The translations under genes and the position numbers were made by a program. DNA of 64,000 nucleotides, the filler included, from Basidiobolus ranarum (lineage: Eukaryota), in NCBI GenBank assembly GCA_040143965.1. It is 11 parts of 11 records of this genome, joined end to end, with 100 filler letters (N's around TTAATTAATTAA, not from the genome) between each part and the next. Parts side by side here need not be neighbours in the genome. Positions count along the whole stretch, not along the records: positions 23,572 to 29,355 come from JASJQH010001499.1; positions 29,456 to 35,233 come from JASJQH010001500.1; positions 35,334 to 41,107 come from JASJQH010001501.1; 8 more parts are not named here. One strand, written 5' to 3'. Of the stretch, positions 24,296 to 38,044 are shown piece after piece (position 1 is the first letter of the stretch; each line of letters starts with the position of its first letter). Under the pieces are notes generated by a model. It was not told where the DNA came from. It saw nothing but the letters and a program-made list of their open reading frames with translations, and searched no databases.

Positions 24296-25024
24296 CTAGA
24301 GGCTATCAAATACTTTGATGGCATTCAAAGCTGTGGTCTTGGCACTAGCGGGATTGGCACCAGTAACAACACGTCCATCAACCTCAGAAAAGTCTGCGAA
24401 AGGCGTAGGTGGTGCGACATACTTGGCTCCTACTGAAGCAGCTCCATCCTCGATGGTCGGAACATGGGCCTCCTTGATACGATCGAGTAAATTAAGTACA
24501 ACCTCACCTTCAGTGGTGAAGCCAGTCACTTTCTTTCCGGCAATGATAGATTTACCGGTAGAACTGTCAATAATACCGGGTAGAATAGCGGGACCGTGAC
24601 AAACGGCAGACACAACTCCTCCACGCTTGTAGATATCGGCAGCAATATTCTGCAAATTTTGAGCTGTGGGATAATCCCAGAGAGTGGCATGTCCGGCTGA
24701 GGCAAAGAACAGTCCATAATCGCCCGGATTTAGATCAGCTGCTTTATGCAGTTGGCTGTTTAATTTAACATTGAACGGATGTTTGGCATCATGATAGATC
24801 TTTTCGTCTTCATCGTTAAGGAAATCCTTCTCCAGCGAATGATCATCCATGCCGTATTTGCCTGTTTCCGAAGCAAGATCCACCTCAAAGCCAGCTTTTA
24901 CAAGTGCCTCGTAGGGATGAAGGGCTTCTGTATAGAAAAGGCCAGTGTTTTTACCGTCAGCATAGAGCGGACCGTGGTAACTGGTGATGGAAAGTAGAGC
25001 TTTACGAGGGAGATTGGCAGGCAT
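24296..25024 (-). CDS. HSP31: Hsp31/DJ-1/PfpI family glutathione-independent glyoxalase III
   Basis: 242 aa, intronless. TGLFYTEALHPY, FFASAGHATLWD, SAVCHGPAIL (catalytic Cys-His), KKVTGFT and GRVVTGANPASA. Confidence 0.95.
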   Translation of the reverse strand: MPANLPRKALLSITSYHGPLYADGKNTGLFYTEALHPYEALVKAGFEVDLASETGKYGMDDHSLEKDFLNDEDEKIYHDAKHPFNVKLNSQLHKAADLNPGDYGLFFASAGHATLWDYPTAQNLQNIAADIYKRGGVVSAVCHGPAILPGIIDSSTGKSIIAGKKVTGFTTEGEVVLNLLDRIKEAHVPTIEDGAASVGAKYVAPPTPFADFSEVDGRVVTGANPASAKTTALNAIKVFDSL

Positions 25025-25094
25025 AATAATATCAATTCAGTATTTGTATCGCAATGAATATATGACTTATATAAGCAGCATGGTTTTCATGTTC

Positions 25095-25260
25095 TTTTAT
25101 AGTTATTAGAGAACTAAGGATTACGAATGTATCCATACGTCAGCTCGTTGACGGTGTTGGTAAAAAATTCTAGCTGAAACCAAATGAGATTTTACTGTTG
25201 GGCTCAGTGATGCTGTCGCTATTACTAATATCTTCGAGCTCACTTCTTGTGCTGACGTAT
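25095..25260 (-). promoter_or_regulatory. Putative HSP31 promoter: TATA plus bZIP (Yap/CRE-like) sites
   Basis: TATAAAA (minus, 25095-25101). Inverted pair ATACGTCAGC at 25135-25144 and GCTGACGTAT at 25251-25260. TTACTAA at 25222-25228. Confidence 0.45.
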
Positions 25261-26407
25261 TGATTTCGAAGTGGCCATTGATTGGCCTTCGTGAAGAAAC
25301 GTAATGCAGTCCTGAAGAAGTTTGTATGAACTGGGCTTACTATGTGATGTGTATAAGGTCAGTCATCCAATACGATTTAATGTCTCCTGGTTAATAACGC
25401 AAGAATCTGGTTTGATGTTGACCACCAAACAGTGTTAGGGAGGTAGCGAATATCGAATATCAACTCCTATCAAATCCCAACCACACTCTTCCGGTACACT
25501 TCAAGCCGATTTATTGCTACACATAGAGCTGCCACATACACTCCGGAACGTGCGCTTTCCATTATCTACTAAAGCACTCCAATCAAATCATTCTAACATC
25601 AATATTGAACCAACCTCTGATAATACTCTATGAACCGACGCAGATGCTTCAGTGAGAGCTATTTGAATTGATGCAGAGATGCCTTCGACATTATTAGGTA
25701 GTGGCGTATATTTAACTTAGGATTTAACATTTAACCAATTACAGCCACTACAAAAGTTGAATAAGATTACTAATGACTAAGCTATTTCAGAGATATTTCT
25801 ATAGAAGCTATTGTAATTGACACTCCATCATAATCGATAGTTACTGATTTCAATCAAGATTCCAATGAAGATGATTCACTGGTAGCTTGAAAGTATGAGC
25901 TAAGCGCAATTCCAAACATTCGCTAATCCTTAAATTTTGAATAACGTAAGCATGTGGAAGCAAAAGTATATAGCCACATTGATCTGATATATCCAACAAA
26001 GTCAACAAAATCATCATATACAAACAATTTGTATTAGATTTTTTAGTGTATATCAGATGCTCCCATATATCAAAATTTCCTGGATTAGAATTTTTTTATA
26101 TAATCATATTTATTAATTCTGCAATATCTTGCTGATACAATATAAATGACACATAATAATCGTTAACACCTAAAAAAAGGAGCAATATCTCAGTGTAGAT
26201 ATTGTTTATAAGAGTTATAGAGTTTGTGATATTGATACAATACTTGTGATTACTAAGTTTAGCTAAAAATTTAAAGTCAACAGAGTAAACTTTTGGTAAT
26301 ATCTCTAAACCTTCCTTGACAATGATGAACCTAAGTCTGTATGACTGCAATTTTTATTGATCAATAGTTGCATTAATCACTCTTCGATAATTCATCAGAG
26401 AAACAGC

Positions 26408-26936
26408 TGCTAGATTTAGCATAGACTAAACATCAATATAGTCATATATAACTTAGTATTTAGTTATTCCATATTTCAATTAGATATTGCTCACTATTCT
26501 CAATTGCAATTTACGAACTTAAAAGTTCTCAAATATATAGATTTCTTAAACTTGTGCTAGAAGCCCTAATCTCTTCACACATGCTCATGAGACCCTCCTT
26601 GACACATTCTAACACGATTTCCTGTTTGTATCTTTACAAAACTCTAAATGTCAACCTTCCACTCAATAAATTAATGAGGGAAACCACCAATTCTTCAAGT
26701 TCTCCAAACCACTTCCAGCAAACTCCCAATGTGCTTTAACAGGTTATGAGCTTGTACTCTCTGTAATGCCTGCTTCCTAAATTTCTGGTACTTTTCTCTC
26801 CCCCAAGAAATTGCATGGAACTAATTATGAAGTTTACAAAATTGAAACAGAAATACTGCGGCATGAAAAAGCACTTTACAAAACTGTTATAGAAGAAGAA
26901 AACAACACAAAACGGTCTGACACCAAAGCTTCACAC
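26408..26936 (+). mobile_element. Copia 5' LTR (to 26741), PBS and gag start, interrupted by another copia
   Basis: LTR homologous to the 18859 LTR, ending TTTAACA. PBS GGTTATGAGC at 26742. Gag reads LHGTNYEVYKIETEILRHEKAL. Confidence 0.82.
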
Positions 26937-29355
26937 TGTTAAAGTATTTGGGAGCCTGTTGGAAGTCGTTTGGAGAATTAGAGAAATCGGTGGTTTTCAC
27001 TTGTTGATTTATTGAGTAGAAAGTTGACATTTATAGTTTTGTCAGGACATAAGCAAACTAACCAGTAGCATGTGTTGAGAAAGGCCCCACAAAGATGTAT
27101 GCAAAGTTTGGAGCTTCTAGCACATGTTTGTAAAATCTATATATCTGACAACTTCTAAGTTAGTAAAGGTATTTTAAGTAAGTTCTGATTAAGAATTGTT
27201 GGATAATTAATCTTTATTCAACATCATAGTTAACTTTAGCTATAATACATATATCAGAAACAGAAAGCAATGTATCTATAGCCCCTATATTCTAAATAGG
27301 AATATCTCCATATCTATATAACAAGAATGTCTTGTTACCCCCACTTATCTATTTTATTGTATTACACCAACTCCTGAATATTTCAAACAATTGATTTACT
27401 TTTCTACTATATAAGTCACCATATACTCTTAAGAATAAAGTAACTAAAACACACTATCATAAGTTGCTTCTAATACAGAAAGTTTACCCCCATTATGTCA
27501 AGATCCTCCAACAAGAATAATGGATAATATCTTTGTGAAATCTGAGAAAACTAAGTACTAAGCTATATATGACTATATAGGTGTTTAGGTAATGCTAGTC
27601 TCAGTACACACTCTCAACTAAATAGTTATATAAACTAATCTCAATAAATATATGAATTTCTCAAATTTCTCTCTAGCTAATGGTTTGGCTGATATATCAA
27701 CAATCACATCTTCTGTTGAACAATAAGTTAAGTCAATAAACTTATTCCCTATAGTCTCTCTAATGAAGTGATGTCTAATAACCATATGTTTGCTTCTATC
27801 ATGAAATGTAGGATTTTTAGCTAATTTGATACAACTTTGATTATCCTGAGATATTGTAGTTGGTGAATTTTGAGAATAACCTAAATCTGTCAAGAGCTTT
27901 CTCAACCATATTGCTTCTTTTGTTACTTAACAGGTAGCAAAGTATTCTGCTTCAGTTGTTGAAAGTGCTACAGTAGGTTATTTCTTTGAATTCCAAGAGA
28001 TAGCTCCATTACGGTAAATATATAAGTATCCTTTTACAAATCTCCTGTCTTCAATATCTCTTCCCCAATTTGCATCTGAATATCTCATCAGATCATAATT
28101 TAATCCAGAATATGTGTATTTTAAGTACAGATCTACTGTATCTTTCAAATATCTGATAATCCACTTAACTGCTATAATTTGATCAGCCAATAATTTTGAA
28201 GATATTAGTGCATTACTCCCACAGAATATGCAATATTTGGCCATGTTCCAACCTTGATATACATCAAGCTGTCAATGATAGATTGATAAAAATTTCTGGC
28301 TTTAATTTGAATCCAAAAGCATCTGATTTGAGCCATTTTTGATCAATTTGAGATTTGTCTCCATTTGGTCAATACTGGATTACATTCTTCCATTTTAAAC
28401 TTCTTTAGTATATCTAGGATATACTTAGACTTCTTTAAAGTTATTGTTTTGGTTGTTCTATCTATGCTGACTTGGATTTCAAGAAAGTCTGTCAATTCAC
28501 CAAGATCAGTCATTTTGAATTTGGTCAATAAGCTGGATTTGATTTTCTCTAATGTCTCCCTGTCATTGGTTGCTATAATAAGGTCATATAGACATAAGGG
28601 TAATAAAGCTAGGTTTGTCTTATCTGGCCTGAAGTACATACTATAGTCAGCATTACTATTTTGGAATTTGAGTGTTTCTAAAAAAGCATCTATCTTGCTG
28701 TTCCAAGCTCTCAGAGATTGTTTCAAGCCATAGAGTGTTTTCCAGAGTCTGCAAGCTTTATTAGGGTTTTCTAGGTCCACAAAGCCATCTGGCTGGTCCA
28801 TATGGATTTAATCAGTAGGCTTACCATCCAAAAAAGCCGTTTTGACATCCAATTGATATGTAATAGACTGATATTTTGATCAAATTGCTAAAATCAATTT
28901 AATTGCATTCAACTGGCTAAAGGAGCAAAAGTTTCTATATAATCTGTTCCTGGTATTTGGGAATAGCCTTTGCCTACTAGTCTAGCCTTGTACCCTTCTA
29001 TATTGCCATTAGAGATGTATTTGACTTTAAATACCCATTGGCAGCCAATTGAATTTCTATCATCAAGTAAGTTGGTTGATATCCAAGTTTGATTATTGAT
29101 TAAAGTCAAGTACTGTTCAGCCATTGCAGATCTCCAAATTTTTGTGTGAGGGCCATTTGGGGCCACTTTTACAGTCAGGTGTTCATGTATTTGAGCTGTG
29201 CAGGCCTGGACTTGAATAGATTGGAAACTTTGATATCATAGAGTCTGTAGGCCTTAGTTGGAGTTTAATAACCCAGAAACATGCATTTCTTACTTTTTGG
29301 ATCAAATTTAGACCAATTTATGGTCATAATTTTGACATAAGCAATGCATCCAAAG
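26937..29355 (-). mobile_element. Copia RT-RNase H and 3' LTR (27608 to 26937), degenerate
   Basis: YKARLVGKGYSQIPGTDYIETFAP, LYGLKQS.RAW, YSDANWG, ISWNSKK, QDNQSCI, RSKHM.IRHHF; PPT then LTR. Confidence 0.93.
27197..27513. mobile_element. Solo LTR of a different family inserted in the copia 3' LTR
   Basis: TGTTGGA...TCCAACA termini and a perfect 5-bp TSD AGAAT (27192-27196 and 27514-27518). Removing it restores collinearity with sister LTRs. Confidence 0.88.
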
Positions 29356-30413
29356 NNNNNNNNNNNNNNNNNNNNNNNNNNNNNNNNNNNNNNNNNNNNT
29401 TAATTAATTAANNNNNNNNNNNNNNNNNNNNNNNNNNNNNNNNNNNNNNNNNNNNTAGTGCTCTACCAGCTATTGAACCCTAGCTCCAGTTAATCTGATT
29501 TCAGGGTGATAAGCTGTTAAAAAGAAAAGAAAACTCTTCCCAGGGCATGTGCTGGCGTCTCCGAGACAAAGTACAGCCAAACATATGTTAAATCTTCAAT
29601 ACCAGCTTAATGACTGACCCATACATGAAGGTTGCACAACCATGACTGCTTCTGTACATACTTGAATCTGATGGCGTGGTGATTGAGGTGTTCAATCCTG
29701 CCCTATATCCCAATCAACAAGCGATTCAATCAGGGCTCACTATGCACCCTTTCCTGGCGATCTGGTTGGAGATAATTGAAAGCTGTCAGGTAAGCTCCTT
29801 TAAAGTAATGGAATACCCAGAACATGAATCCTTCCTTTTATGTGCTGGACTAAAGGCACATGAAGGGCCCAGTATTTACCCTGAACACGGGATGGCATCT
29901 ACGTTCGACTGGGAAAGCCTCAAAGCATACGCTGAGTTTATTTGAGAGTGCAATAGAGTTTATCCTAAAAGTGGGTTTATTGTTTTCACGCTATATAATG
30001 TACCCAAATAATTGTGTATGTGCTCACCTTACACAACATTATCTCTATCTTTATTGGGATCCTGCTAATAATAATATTGAGCGTACTACTATCCCACTTG
30101 ACCAACACTAGAAGTGCATAGATGCCGTATTGGCTCGAGATAAATTAGCAAATATCCGTTGTCTCGGGAAGGAATACCACTCAATCCATTCGCGTATAAG
30201 AATCAAATTAGACTAAATATCTATCAATTAGTCGCCCCAATATACAAATGAGTGGGCCCGATGTCCAGGAAACGTTTTAATGGATAAATGAGTCGAGGCC
30301 TAACTAAAGAGATATATGAATGATACCTACATGGATATAAGATATTTCTCAGTTTACATTGACAATGATGTTAAGCATGCAGTTGCGCATAGCATATTGT
30401 GTTATTTTAATGC

Positions 30414-31482
30414 TCACAGCCAGTGTTGTAGCCATTGAATGGTTTCTGAAAGCATTTCGTCATTAATCCAATGTCCAACCTGAGGAAACATTTTGACAGA
30501 AAATCTGTCGGTATCTGCATAGCTTTTACGAAGCTTATCAACAAACACATTGCTATATTTCATCGGTACTAAATCATCCTCTTCACCTCCAAGCATCAAC
30601 AACGGACGCTTTTGGAACCTTTCCACATGGTTAACTGGATCGTAAAGATCCAAACAGCGAAATAAAAGTGGATGGGTAGTCCGGTTAATTTCAAGACCAG
30701 AGTTCTTGCCTCTTTCAGAAATAAGCTGACCATAATCACCACACCCTATGAGAGAGACGCCTACCGAGATGCGAGGCTCTGCAACAGGTAGAGAATTATC
30801 GAAATAAAATAATCAAAGATTATCATTAGTACGAGTGGGAGTACATAAGACGATATTTTCCATTTACCTAGCTCCATGGAAATTAAAGTGGCGTGCCCAC
30901 CCAACGAAACGCCACATATCCCCCACTTGCTAATGTCTAAACCTAAGTACATAGGCAGAATATCAATAAGGTATAGGACATCTCTCGAGGTACCGTACCT
31001 TTTGTTCAGGTTAATTCATATTGACTAATATTTTTCCAGCGCTGATGAATATATACTTTACTGAATACTCCACATATCTAGTTCATGTTGAACATTGCCC
31101 TGTTCCTCTGACCAACCGAGATTTTTTATAGAGTCTTTCAACCTCGTACCATGGTTTCTTTGATCAAAAGAGATTGTGATGATTCTCGAGTGTCCTGTGG
31201 TTGTTTGACTTTCAGCGACCACTCTGGAGGAGAGGAAATCCAATTGAGCGGCACAACCTTAATTTGTTATTAATATATGTGAGTTCATTTATTCAATTAA
31301 GAGAGAAATAACATTTGAACTTTACCTGTTCTCCCATGAAGTACGAATACTGCAGCCACTTCGTTTGGTTCGTCCACTTTTTTCAACTCTTCTAAACCAA
31401 ATACAGACACTTCAAGTCCTGCTATAAGGTATTCAGTCTTACTGATGTTCGCAATGGTTGTGTTGAGTCCTGGAAAATTCAT
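30414..31482 (-). CDS. Alpha/beta hydrolase (4 exons)
   Basis: VFVLHGR, ISFDQRNHG.R, nucleophile elbow GVSLGGH, Asp in GEEDDLV and His in FPQVGH; GT-AG introns separate the ORF pieces. Confidence 0.9.
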
Positions 31483-34400
31483 TATGTACTCTAATGGCCA
31501 AGAGTTAAAGCAACTTGTTCACTGCTCTATTTCAGTAGCCCCAAGTAAATCTTCTGGATACAGTGTTCTCTATTTAGCGAAGCTCGTAGATATCGTGATG
31601 ACGTCAGAGAGAGGGGAAGTATTCTCATATTATAATATCAGGACCATTTTTGTAATCAATAATATGGATTGAAATATAAATTAGGATATAGTCAGTAACA
31701 CGAAGCATCAAGTTGGAGCGGCAAGATCTCTAACTAGCATTGAAGGATGGCCACTTTGACAGCTGGTCAAATCAGAGCGAATGGATTCCTTGGTTAAGAA
31801 ACGAGTCTACCATGGATCACTGGTCAGTAGAACCTAAGGATCCTGTAAGTTACGCTTAATATATGACCATAACTGTTTCATTACCTCAAGGCAGAGCAAT
31901 TAATTTAGAAAGTGGGAAGAGTCATATTTCCTGAGACATTCAAAGACCATCTAGACTCAAAAGGGTAAAATGATTTCCCTCTTCAGCCAGAAATTTCCAA
32001 ATAATCTGAGTACTTCATCTCCCCCTCAACTTCTTGATTTCCAACTTTTGTTGAGTCGGCCATCAGTAGTCGAGGCTCCATGTTTAATCTAGATATTTGA
32101 ATGTCAATGGGAATATGTGATCCAGGATTAGTTACTTTATCTCTATCACTTTTAATTATATGGACATAAGGCATTTCAAACTCATTAGTATGCCACATTT
32201 GAAACCGGGAATTTCAGCAAGCTGTACTTAAATATACCTGAATCCTCAAGCAACTTTGCCCGGTATCTTTAGACAGCAAATAGTCTGTGTTTAAGAACTC
32301 ATAGAATATGTCGAAAGTTAAACCATTTTAAAGGTACTTTTCATATCCAACGTACCATATGGATGAATGTTAACAGATTGACACACCTACTTCATTTTAT
32401 CTACTACAAGAGTTTTCAACTGTTTAAAGGCCAAAGATTCATTTAGTATTTCACTTAGTGGTTTCCATTGTGCATATACCATATATATAACCTTAATTGT
32501 CCATCCAATGATTGCTGTCAACAATGCTCCTTGCCATACAATTAAAGTTATATAATAACTGACCTGTCCATGTTTTGTGAAGACTAACGGTCCAAGCTCA
32601 CAATGTCAATCCAGTGTTCACACTGGAATGTTTCTCACAAATGACTGAAAATTTCTCCACAATGCCATTGTACATATGCTTAAACAGAGTTCACATCCCA
32701 ATTCTGCAACCTTGGCTATTGATTTCATTTTTAGATTTGGTGAAGGGAGAAGTATCAGATATGTTCATGACAATACTTGTACTAGACAAACTAGGGAAAC
32801 TATTTCATGGATGATTATTAATGTAAATATGATACGTAAACGGCTAACCTAAAGTTGAATAAGTTGTATAGTACTCTTGATTGAATAGGCCCTCAATCTA
32901 TTCCTGATAACAGACCATTAAAATCAATTTCATCTTTACCTGTTTGTTCCTTCCTAATATGGATTGTCGATGGTTGAGAACGTGAAGCATAACAAATCCT
33001 AAAAAATATTCATGCTTCCTTTACCTTGAACAACCATGGGATCTCAGTGGTGTTCCTTTTCAGTCAGATGCCGGGCGGAATGACGAATCGTGATAGGATA
33101 AGGACACCCCAATTGCTATTAATGGTACCTCCCCCTAGGAGCAAGATTTGGATCTTGATCAACCATTTCATATGCATTAGAAGATGTGCGGAATAGGCAA
33201 CATGATATATGGGCATTCTAAATAGTGCGAACACATACCTAAATTCAACTCACATCCCCATACAGACGATGAAATCAATCAACCAAATACGTTAGGATCC
33301 CATATGCAACCATAGCTCTCTTTGTTGATATAAAAATAGAGTGAGACTGGTTAAAATTAGCCACCTAAAAGGTTCCAAGATCAGAATCTTTAACGTCGTC
33401 TAGATCAGATAAGCTTAGTCACTGCCAGTATTCAGCAACTCTAACGGCTATGGGTGGATTTCATCGCTTTAGGTAAAGTGATCTTGGTAGTATACAATAA
33501 CCCTAATAATAGTGTTTATTGCCCAATTTCCGATATGGAAAACTAGATTATCCAGTCTCTACATTTGTAACATGACTAGGTCGTATAGAACTGCATTCCA
33601 GTCCCCTGGTTGTTATTTAAGGGTTCGTATCGTTTTATCATGAAAATATGGTCTTGAGGGACAAATTACCATCAATTTTGCTCGCCAGATTCTCTATCGT
33701 GAAAGCAAGTCTAGCAGCCTGAGATTGGTGAAAAATACTGGATTTTCTTTGGCATCCATTACTCTCCAACTTTTCCATTCCACTCTAATTGAAATAAAAT
33801 AAATAATATCCATAGATCGATCCGGCTAACTCGGATTCATTTTCCCATATTCGTGGTACGCTGATGAGAGTATGGTGGCACACAACACCCATTCAAGCAC
33901 TCATCCTCAACTCTTCATGTCTGAGAAGAGGGGTATCTATTCGGAAGAAAAAATTAATCGTTTGATGTTGCGTATTAAATGATTTTAATAGATCAATAGA
34001 AGCAAAAAAACCTCCCCAATTTGGTTTGGTAAAGTGGGAAAATTAAATTACACGGTAGAAGGGAGTATATGAACAGTGCGACTACTTTTGTAAGTTTGAA
34101 TTGGTGGGTTTTAAAAAAAAAGATCCACTTCAAAGAAAAGTATCAATTGAACATCCAAGTACCAATGGGTGAGAATTTGGTGATATAAGACGTCGAAGAA
34201 ATTAAATGATTCAAAAGTGAAGTAATCCCTTTCAAAAAGAGACATCTCCAGCTACTTTTAGTGTAATTTGAGTAGATGTTGTAGGTGTGAAAAGGTCGGA
34301 TGTTTACGAATTACGGTTAAAATGCTCGGTTCGTATCAAGTTGAGGTAAAGGTAAATTAAGAAGAAAACAAAGTAAACTAAGATTGAGATTGCCTGGCTG

Positions 34401-34495
34401 CATTCAGAGTAGTGTGAAGCACTCAACAATGACCCTATCTGCTCTATAATGGGAGCAGATATTGACACCGAGTGAAAGCTAAAGGCTACTCCGTT

Positions 34496-35172
34496 CTACT
34501 CGTTGGTTTCACTATGCTCAGAATGGTCAGCTGTCATACTATTTCTTCCAATTTGATCGCTGTTAACAACCACAATGGCCGGGGAAGTAGAAACGTTCTT
34601 CACACCCCTACCCTCCGCAGCTAACTCTCTCTTTAGCAGTTCATCACTGTAAAGGCTACGCTGATTAGTTTGAGGAACATCCTCACCATTCATGTTGTTG
34701 TTACTAAGCATAGCACGGTAAGTGTGTGCGAGCAGCTGCGCATCCTTAACAGTGAGTCTAAGCGAGTTTCGTCGGGCGGTAGAGTTGGATGCAGATAATG
34801 GTGTAATCGAGTCCACTTCACTTTCTGACCTAGTACTTCGTAAAGTGCTAGAAGTGGCTGGACGTAAATTGTATTGATTGGGTGAGGGGTTTCCTGGGTC
34901 TTGACTTCGCTTAGTTTCTACCATTTGCTTGGACTTGGTTCTTTTCCTACGATGAAGAATGAAAATCAAACATGCCACTAAGGTCACTAGAGCTACTGAG
35001 CCCAGGGCAATACCAATGATGGCTCCAGTGGAAATACCTGACCCGTGTTTAGAGTCGGCATTTTCGTGTGGTGGAGCAACGTTTTTAGGTCCAGTTGGTG
35101 GGGCGGGAGATAGCGTACCAAGGGGTGGCGTCGGACACGGAGGCGGTGTGACCTTTGCTGGAGGATTATAAT
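34496..35172 (-). CDS. Last exon of a single-pass type I membrane protein (Mid2/Wsc/Axl2-like architecture); 5' part off contig
   Basis: Pro/Thr stalk, TM segment GISTGAIIGIALGSVALVTLVACLIFIL, stop-transfer HRRKRTK and a Ser-rich tail. Acceptor CTCTCTAG near 35173. Confidence 0.75.
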
Positions 35173-36469
35173 CTAGAGAGAATGGAATCACTCAGACTAT
35201 CGAAATGAACTATACATATACTAAGTAAACCTANNNNNNNNNNNNNNNNNNNNNNNNNNNNNNNNNNNNNNNNNNNNTTAATTAATTAANNNNNNNNNNN
35301 NNNNNNNNNNNNNNNNNNNNNNNNNNNNNNNNNAAATGCATAATAGTTATTATTTGTATGCATTCATGATTCCCAAAGCGACTCTGAGGATATATATGCC
35401 TATAAAAGGTACACCAGGGGCTAAGAAGAATAGAGGTGGTGAGAACATATGGGAATTTCCCGCCCAGTCAAGCCTGATCAAGTGACTACACATATTAAGA
35501 TGGAAAGCTGCATTTCTTTGATTTGAAGCCTTCTTTTATGTCCACGTGTAACATGCGAAGGACTGGTTTTGGCCGAAAGCATCAAACCCAATATAGATTG
35601 GCCTTCAAGCTGATGGCCAAATATGGCTACGCATGTAAACTGTACTCTGCTGATATCCTGAACAGAGACATTTTAGATACGATCTTGATAAAGTCGTTCT
35701 GAGAACGTTCTCACTGAAATTCAGGTTTTCAGTGGAAAAAGATCGATCCAGAAGTTTGTTTATTAGAAAAAGAGACTTTGTAGGAGACTTACACCCGCAT
35801 TTGCAGTTAAACAAGGGTGGGTGGTTCACGTGTATCCATTGTATCCACAGTGAGCTCCAAAGAATGCTTACCATAAATTGATTCACGAGTTTAAAGGTTG
35901 CTCTTGGCGTTGAACATAGCAGTGTTCAGAATCAACCTAAATACGTTGCGAACTATACGGCTATTCTATCCATCCCTATATTTCAAACTAATGCTAGCAT
36001 CTAGGTTACACACTGACCCAGTTGCGCCTGTGCCTCTGTTCGGTTTCAGACTTGAAATGAGGCCAATCTATTGACAACATGGGAGTCTATCGAGATAGAC
36101 TTCAATCAAATGGTTGCATATGTATCCTGTTGTAGCAGAAAATCGCCGCCAGGGGAAGCAACATGTCTCATAATACCCTTGGGCACCTATGAGCCCCCTA
36201 CAATTACGTTTAAATACCCAATGTGATGTTACGTAAAATTTCTTTCAGCTCTAATGAATATGACGTCATTCCAGATCTGATATTGTAAAAACTACTGTAG
36301 TGCCTATACTGTTTGATAGGATAATTTTCTGTGTATCAATGCGTATCTGAGTTCATTCCTTCCTATAATTACACGAGCGAGTGGCCAGAGTCTGTTCAAA
36401 AACCTTCCTTAAGAAAATTTGCCTATAATAAAATACATTGAATAAGAGTAAACCATCTACCTAAGAGAG

Positions 36470-37683
36470 ATGGGCAGAAGCGATCCGGCACATAGATTAC
36501 GTATAGCTGCTAGTGAGGGAAATCTTTACCTGGTTAGGAAACTATATGAAGAACGAGGAATAAACATTGACAGTCAAGATATGGCAGGAAAGTATGTTCA
36601 AAAAATCTGCTCACTTCTCTGCCTCAACATTCCCCGCTCACTCTTCTAACTTCACTTCCAAGAACCGCTCTGATGTATGCTACTGAAAATGGCCAGAAGG
36701 AGGTGGTAGAATACTTGCTCGACAAAGGTCACGAAGAAAAGGAAATCTCCAAAGTTAGCTCTATTCAGTTAATTTTTTTTCTATTTGTGTAAATAACCAA
36801 ATTTTTTGTCTCGTTATGTAAGGATTTTGAGGGGAACACTGTACTTATCGTTGCCACCGAAAAACGTGCAGAAGAGGTAATAATATTGTTACTATTTACG
36901 AATCTCTTTGGAACCACTAAAATAATTATTGCCAAGATTTTCACCACTTACGTGAAAAGATATCCAGAAACTGTTCTTATGGCGAACAAAGCTGGAGTAT
37001 TTCCATTAATAATTGCAGCGAAAGAGGGATACAACAACTTGGTTAATGTATGTGATACATTTTCAGTACACCCCACAACAATGTCCCATTGAACTTTAAT
37101 ATGAATAATCGATAGATAATATTAGACTATGGTGGGGACATAAATCAGACTGATCATCAAGGATGCACGGCCTTGCACCAGTAAGTCACTATATTCCTTT
37201 TGCTACATATTGTTCGTGAATGATTCTAAGTACTCTATTCTATTCAAGCGCTGCAGCCTGGGGTCACTTGAAGGTAAAAAAGAGATATTCCAGAATATTG
37301 ATCAATTCGTATACTGAACATTGTTAAAGACAGCGACATTACTGTTGGAGCGAGGATGTCGTCATAATCACCAAAATTTTGCTGGATGGACGGCGGTTGA
37401 TTACGCTTACAACATTCCGATTAAGCTTCATCTAGAAGGCAAGTTATTTGAATTTATACAGACGGCAATTTAACTAACGACGTTTATTCCAGAATATGCC
37501 AAGAAGCCATTTGAGAGTAGTAAGCGCTTTGCGGTGGCAATTCCCACTTTATCTGGATTAGATCTAGCTTCGCATTCTATGTCTTCCGAAAGTAAGACCA
37601 TACCATCGTCACCCCGATCCCAGGTTATACCCATATCAAGTTATAGGAATCGTAGTCATTCCGCTTCGGATAAGCTAACTTGA
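36470..37683 (+). CDS. Ankyrin-repeat protein, Avo2 (TORC2 subunit)-like, about 8 exons
   Basis: MGRSDPAHRLRIAASEGNLYLV..., TALMYATENG..GHEEKEISK/DFEGNTVL, G.TALH/AAAWGH and NFAGWTAVDYAY. Short introns; TGA at 37681-37683. Confidence 0.82.
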
Positions 37684-38044
37684 CACTTTCGCAATCATAT
37701 CTTTCTTATGATTGAAATTGTAAATAAACATCCTATCGGCTTTTCTCAACACACAACACCTGACTGAATACATTTCATGGAAGTTTAACACTGTTGATAC
37801 ATAATTAGGAAACATTCAACATAGGCACCAGGATTTCGATGGCTATTGATCTCTGAAATTCTACATATTTATTAAATAATTAAATGTATGTTTCTGTTGA
37901 ATGGTTGTGCAAGGTGAACAAAAGAGAAAGAGGGTAACTAAGCGGCTAAACAAAGTTTGGTATGTAATCTAAATGGAAATTTCTTTTCAACCGATGCTAG
38001 TTATTGAGAAGAACAATTGAAGGGTGGAGTGTACTAGAGATGGT

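Noticed and set aside
24221-24997. Plus-strand ORFs over HSP31, and similar ones over bL31m, stomatin and forkhead
   Set aside because: Antisense or alternative-frame shadows of well-supported genes.
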